Below the pieces are notes generated by a model. The model had not been told where the DNA came from and did no database searches. It saw only the letters and a program-made list of their open reading frames with translations. A program made the position numbers and the translations under genes. Below are positions 61,344 to 64,000 of a stretch of DNA of 64,000 nucleotides, one piece after another (position 1 is the stretch's first letter; each line of letters starts with the position of its first letter). The DNA comes from Takakia lepidozioides. Taxonomy: Eukaryota > Plantae > Bryophyta. Location: contig CM060734.1 of the NCBI GenBank assembly GCA_030704615.1, positions 41,106,001 to 41,170,000 of the forward strand, read 5' to 3'.

Positions 61344-62699
61344 CTTGCTTCCCAGGTCGCTGCCTCGTGCGCACCTTTGCACACTTAGACACAAACAAAA
61401 ATGGAACATGTACAATTTCCTTGTATCACTAATAACCCAGTTGATCTCTCCAGTACCATGAATTGTATTGGTACCTTCTAAACAAGGCGTGAGCGGAGGC
61501 CCTGCCATTGTTTTACTGATATGAATTGTAACATGTGCCCAACTGGGAACTAAAGCCTTTCATGTTCCCATTTAGTCTCATGGGAACAACCCATGATATA
61601 AGGTTAAGGTCACTTTGGCCAACTTGATGCGTAAGTCTCCCTACCCTGTCTGGCAGGGCCAACAAAGGAGAAGATGTCTGTTCGGAGAACTCGGCAGCAA
61701 GACAAAGCTGTTATCGACAAATGAGTTCGCACGTTCGCACCCACATCCACAACACCTGGTTCAAAAGGACGTCGTTACATTTTAGGCATAGCTACGTTTG
61801 CTTAGGCACATGGATAGCAGTGCGCAGGGAGAGGGGCCTGCGGTAAATGGGTAGGAAGCCTCACATCAAGCAGTCAGTTAACGGCCCAAGGCTGTGGAGC
61901 TCAAATGGTTATCGAGTATGGCGAGGTCGGGCCTCATACCCCTGCCAAAGGTGGTTATGATCCAGGGATGCCGAAGAAAGTGGAGATTTGTAAATTTTGG
62001 TGTACTTGATTTTGGGTGTAAATGGTGTGTCGGGGATTTAAGCTCCATTCTTCATGACCCAACCCAGTATCTACCTGCATCTTTGGTCGAAGAATCCACT
62101 TTGCGGTCGGACAGGAGTGTAATCGACATGCTTTTCTTCTGATGTCTGATGTCGGTTGCTATCAGCAAATAGCCCAAGGTTGTTTGTGATTTGAAAATAT
62201 GCCTTGGAGCTTTTGGCGGCTGTAGCCTGATCTTTGAGAGTCTGTGATTGAAGCTAATGCTGCTCGGGTATTAACTGGTTCATAGAGTAGTCCGAGATCA
62301 CGAGATTTCCGACGTAAGTGCACAAACATGGTCTTTAGAATTGAAGGTTCGCTGAACCCTCCCTGGGTGAAGACAGCTCTCTGCAATGACAAAATGTCGA
62401 GCACAACCCGCTTCTAATATCGATCGGCATAGAGCTCTGGGGCAAAAAATGTAACGGGTATTGATTTGGTGATTGTCACAACTTTTTCTCAAAGGTGTGC
62501 TGAGTAACCCCATGAACATGTAGCAAGGATGCTTTCGTCATGAAGAGATCGTTCTTTGAAAAATTGGGAGCCTTCAGGTATACCATGTTAGTTTGGGTGT
62601 AAAGGCTTGTAACTACAAGTTTTGAGTCATGCGGGATGGCAGGGTTGACGCAGGCTCAGTTGTTCACCTCCACCAATACAACTGTTGTTAAAAGAGAAC

Positions 62700-64000
62700 C
62701 AAGAGTGGGAGTCACTAGTAACTGGCATAATGCAAGGATGGACAAGTGAAGGAGGCAATACAAATTTTGGACTAAAGATGCCTTTTTGCGGACTCCAATA
62801 CTTGTAACTGTCTCTTGCGTAGCTGAAGGAGAGGATGTGCATGCCAGAATCTTTCTACTCAACACCCTTGTCAACATGTATGCTTAAGTGTGGGAGCCTA
62901 AGGGATGCATGCCAAGTGTTTGACAAAGTGCCTAAACGAACTTTGTTTACTTGGACTGTAATGGTGGCAGGATATGCCAAGTGTGGGTGTGGTAGGATTC
63001 TTTCGAGATCTATGAGCAAATGATAGGGGAAGGGGTGATGCCTGACAATGTCACGGAACTTGCGTTCTCAGTGGGTTTGCCCAAGGCTCCGAGGCTGGCC
63101 ACAAGCCTTGAAAATGCAGATATGTCAGGCTTTACCCCCTTCCCATACCATCTGTTCCGAGAACTCCAAAGCCTCCCAGCCTGAGCATATCCTGAAATCA
63201 CTGTATGTCAAATGCGGGAGTGTGAAGTCTTTGACAACTTAGCTCAACAAAATGTGGTCTCATGGAGTTCAGTGTTTGCAGGATATGTCCAGCATGGGTG
63301 TGGGAGGGAAGCCATCGAGGTGTATGAAGGAAAGATACGAAAAGGGGTGATGCCCAACAAGGTCACATGCATTTGTCGTCAAAGCTTCTGCCAGCCTAGG
63401 GGGGCCTAGAAAAGGGCTAAGACATCCATGCGGCCATCAGCAATATTTGAATTGTGCAGCGCTTGATATGTATGCAAATTGCAGGAGCATAAAGGATGCA
63501 CAACAAGTGTTAAACAATATTTTTCGTAGAAATGTGGTCTCATGGAATCCGGTGATCTCAGTATATGCTCAGCAGGGATATGGTAGGGAGGCCCTGCATC
63601 TTCTTGAACAAATGCAACTTCCTTGAAGCCCATCCATATTACCTTTATATGTCTTCTCTTCTGTGGGCCTAGTGGACGAAGGCCGTCAGTACTTTTATTC
63701 CATGGGTCAAGATCATGGCCTCATTCATACACTGGAGCATTTTGGCTGTATGGTGGACCTACTTGGCCATGCAAGATGATTGGATGGGCAGTGGAGTTCA
63801 TAACAAAATGCCTGTGGAACCAGATGCTGGGGTGTGGAGAGCCCTGCTCGGTGCCTGCAGAATGAATGACAATGTGGAGATAGTGTGCATCAAAAAGGAT
63901 TCTGATCCATTGCATGGTGCAGGTTATGTGCTGCTTTTAAAACATCCATGCTGTGACTGGCAGGTGGGATGATAAAGCAAAGGTAAGAAAAATGATGGAG
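62700..64000 (+). pseudogene. Highly degenerate PLS-PPR pseudogene (runs off the window end)
   Basis: Fragments [67 protein letters not shown] and MPVEPDAGVWRALLGACR, with many frameshifts. Confidence 0.85.

Overview
Eukaryotic nuclear DNA from a land plant. GT-AG introns, moderate GC, (CT/GA)n microsatellites and many PLS-DYW PPR sequences suggest a non-seed plant with heavy organellar RNA editing; the lineage is an inference. I could splice these protein genes by hand into continuous frames: a GT31 beta-1,3-galactosyltransferase (3424-7130,+), plastid FtsZ2 (8512-13898,+), an LBD15-like LOB factor (20984-21517,+), a truncated or chimeric BLE2/ARM-family membrane protein (26497-28733,+), an ABI5/ABF group-A bZIP (49147-46142,-), a MEE60-like membrane protein (55766-51828,-) and an LYR-like + YccV/HspQ-domain protein (61343-57850,-). 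There is also tRNA-Arg(CCT) at 44987-45059. The region ~29-45 kb is a scrambled PPR-DYW pseudogene locus. It holds a 303-bp (P-L-S) tandem array in which both conserved Tyr codons are TAG in four successive units, repeated OSB-type PDF-motif exon fragments, an LTR fold-back triple, a gypsy RT filler insertion, SINEs and Helitron-like ends. Other mobile DNA includes a Ty3/gypsy pol remnant, a tRNA-derived SINE family, a (CATTT)n-tailed LINE family found in GA/CT-rich targets, and MITEs. No CRISPR array or prokaryotic system is seen. All family names come from motif recognition, not from database searches.
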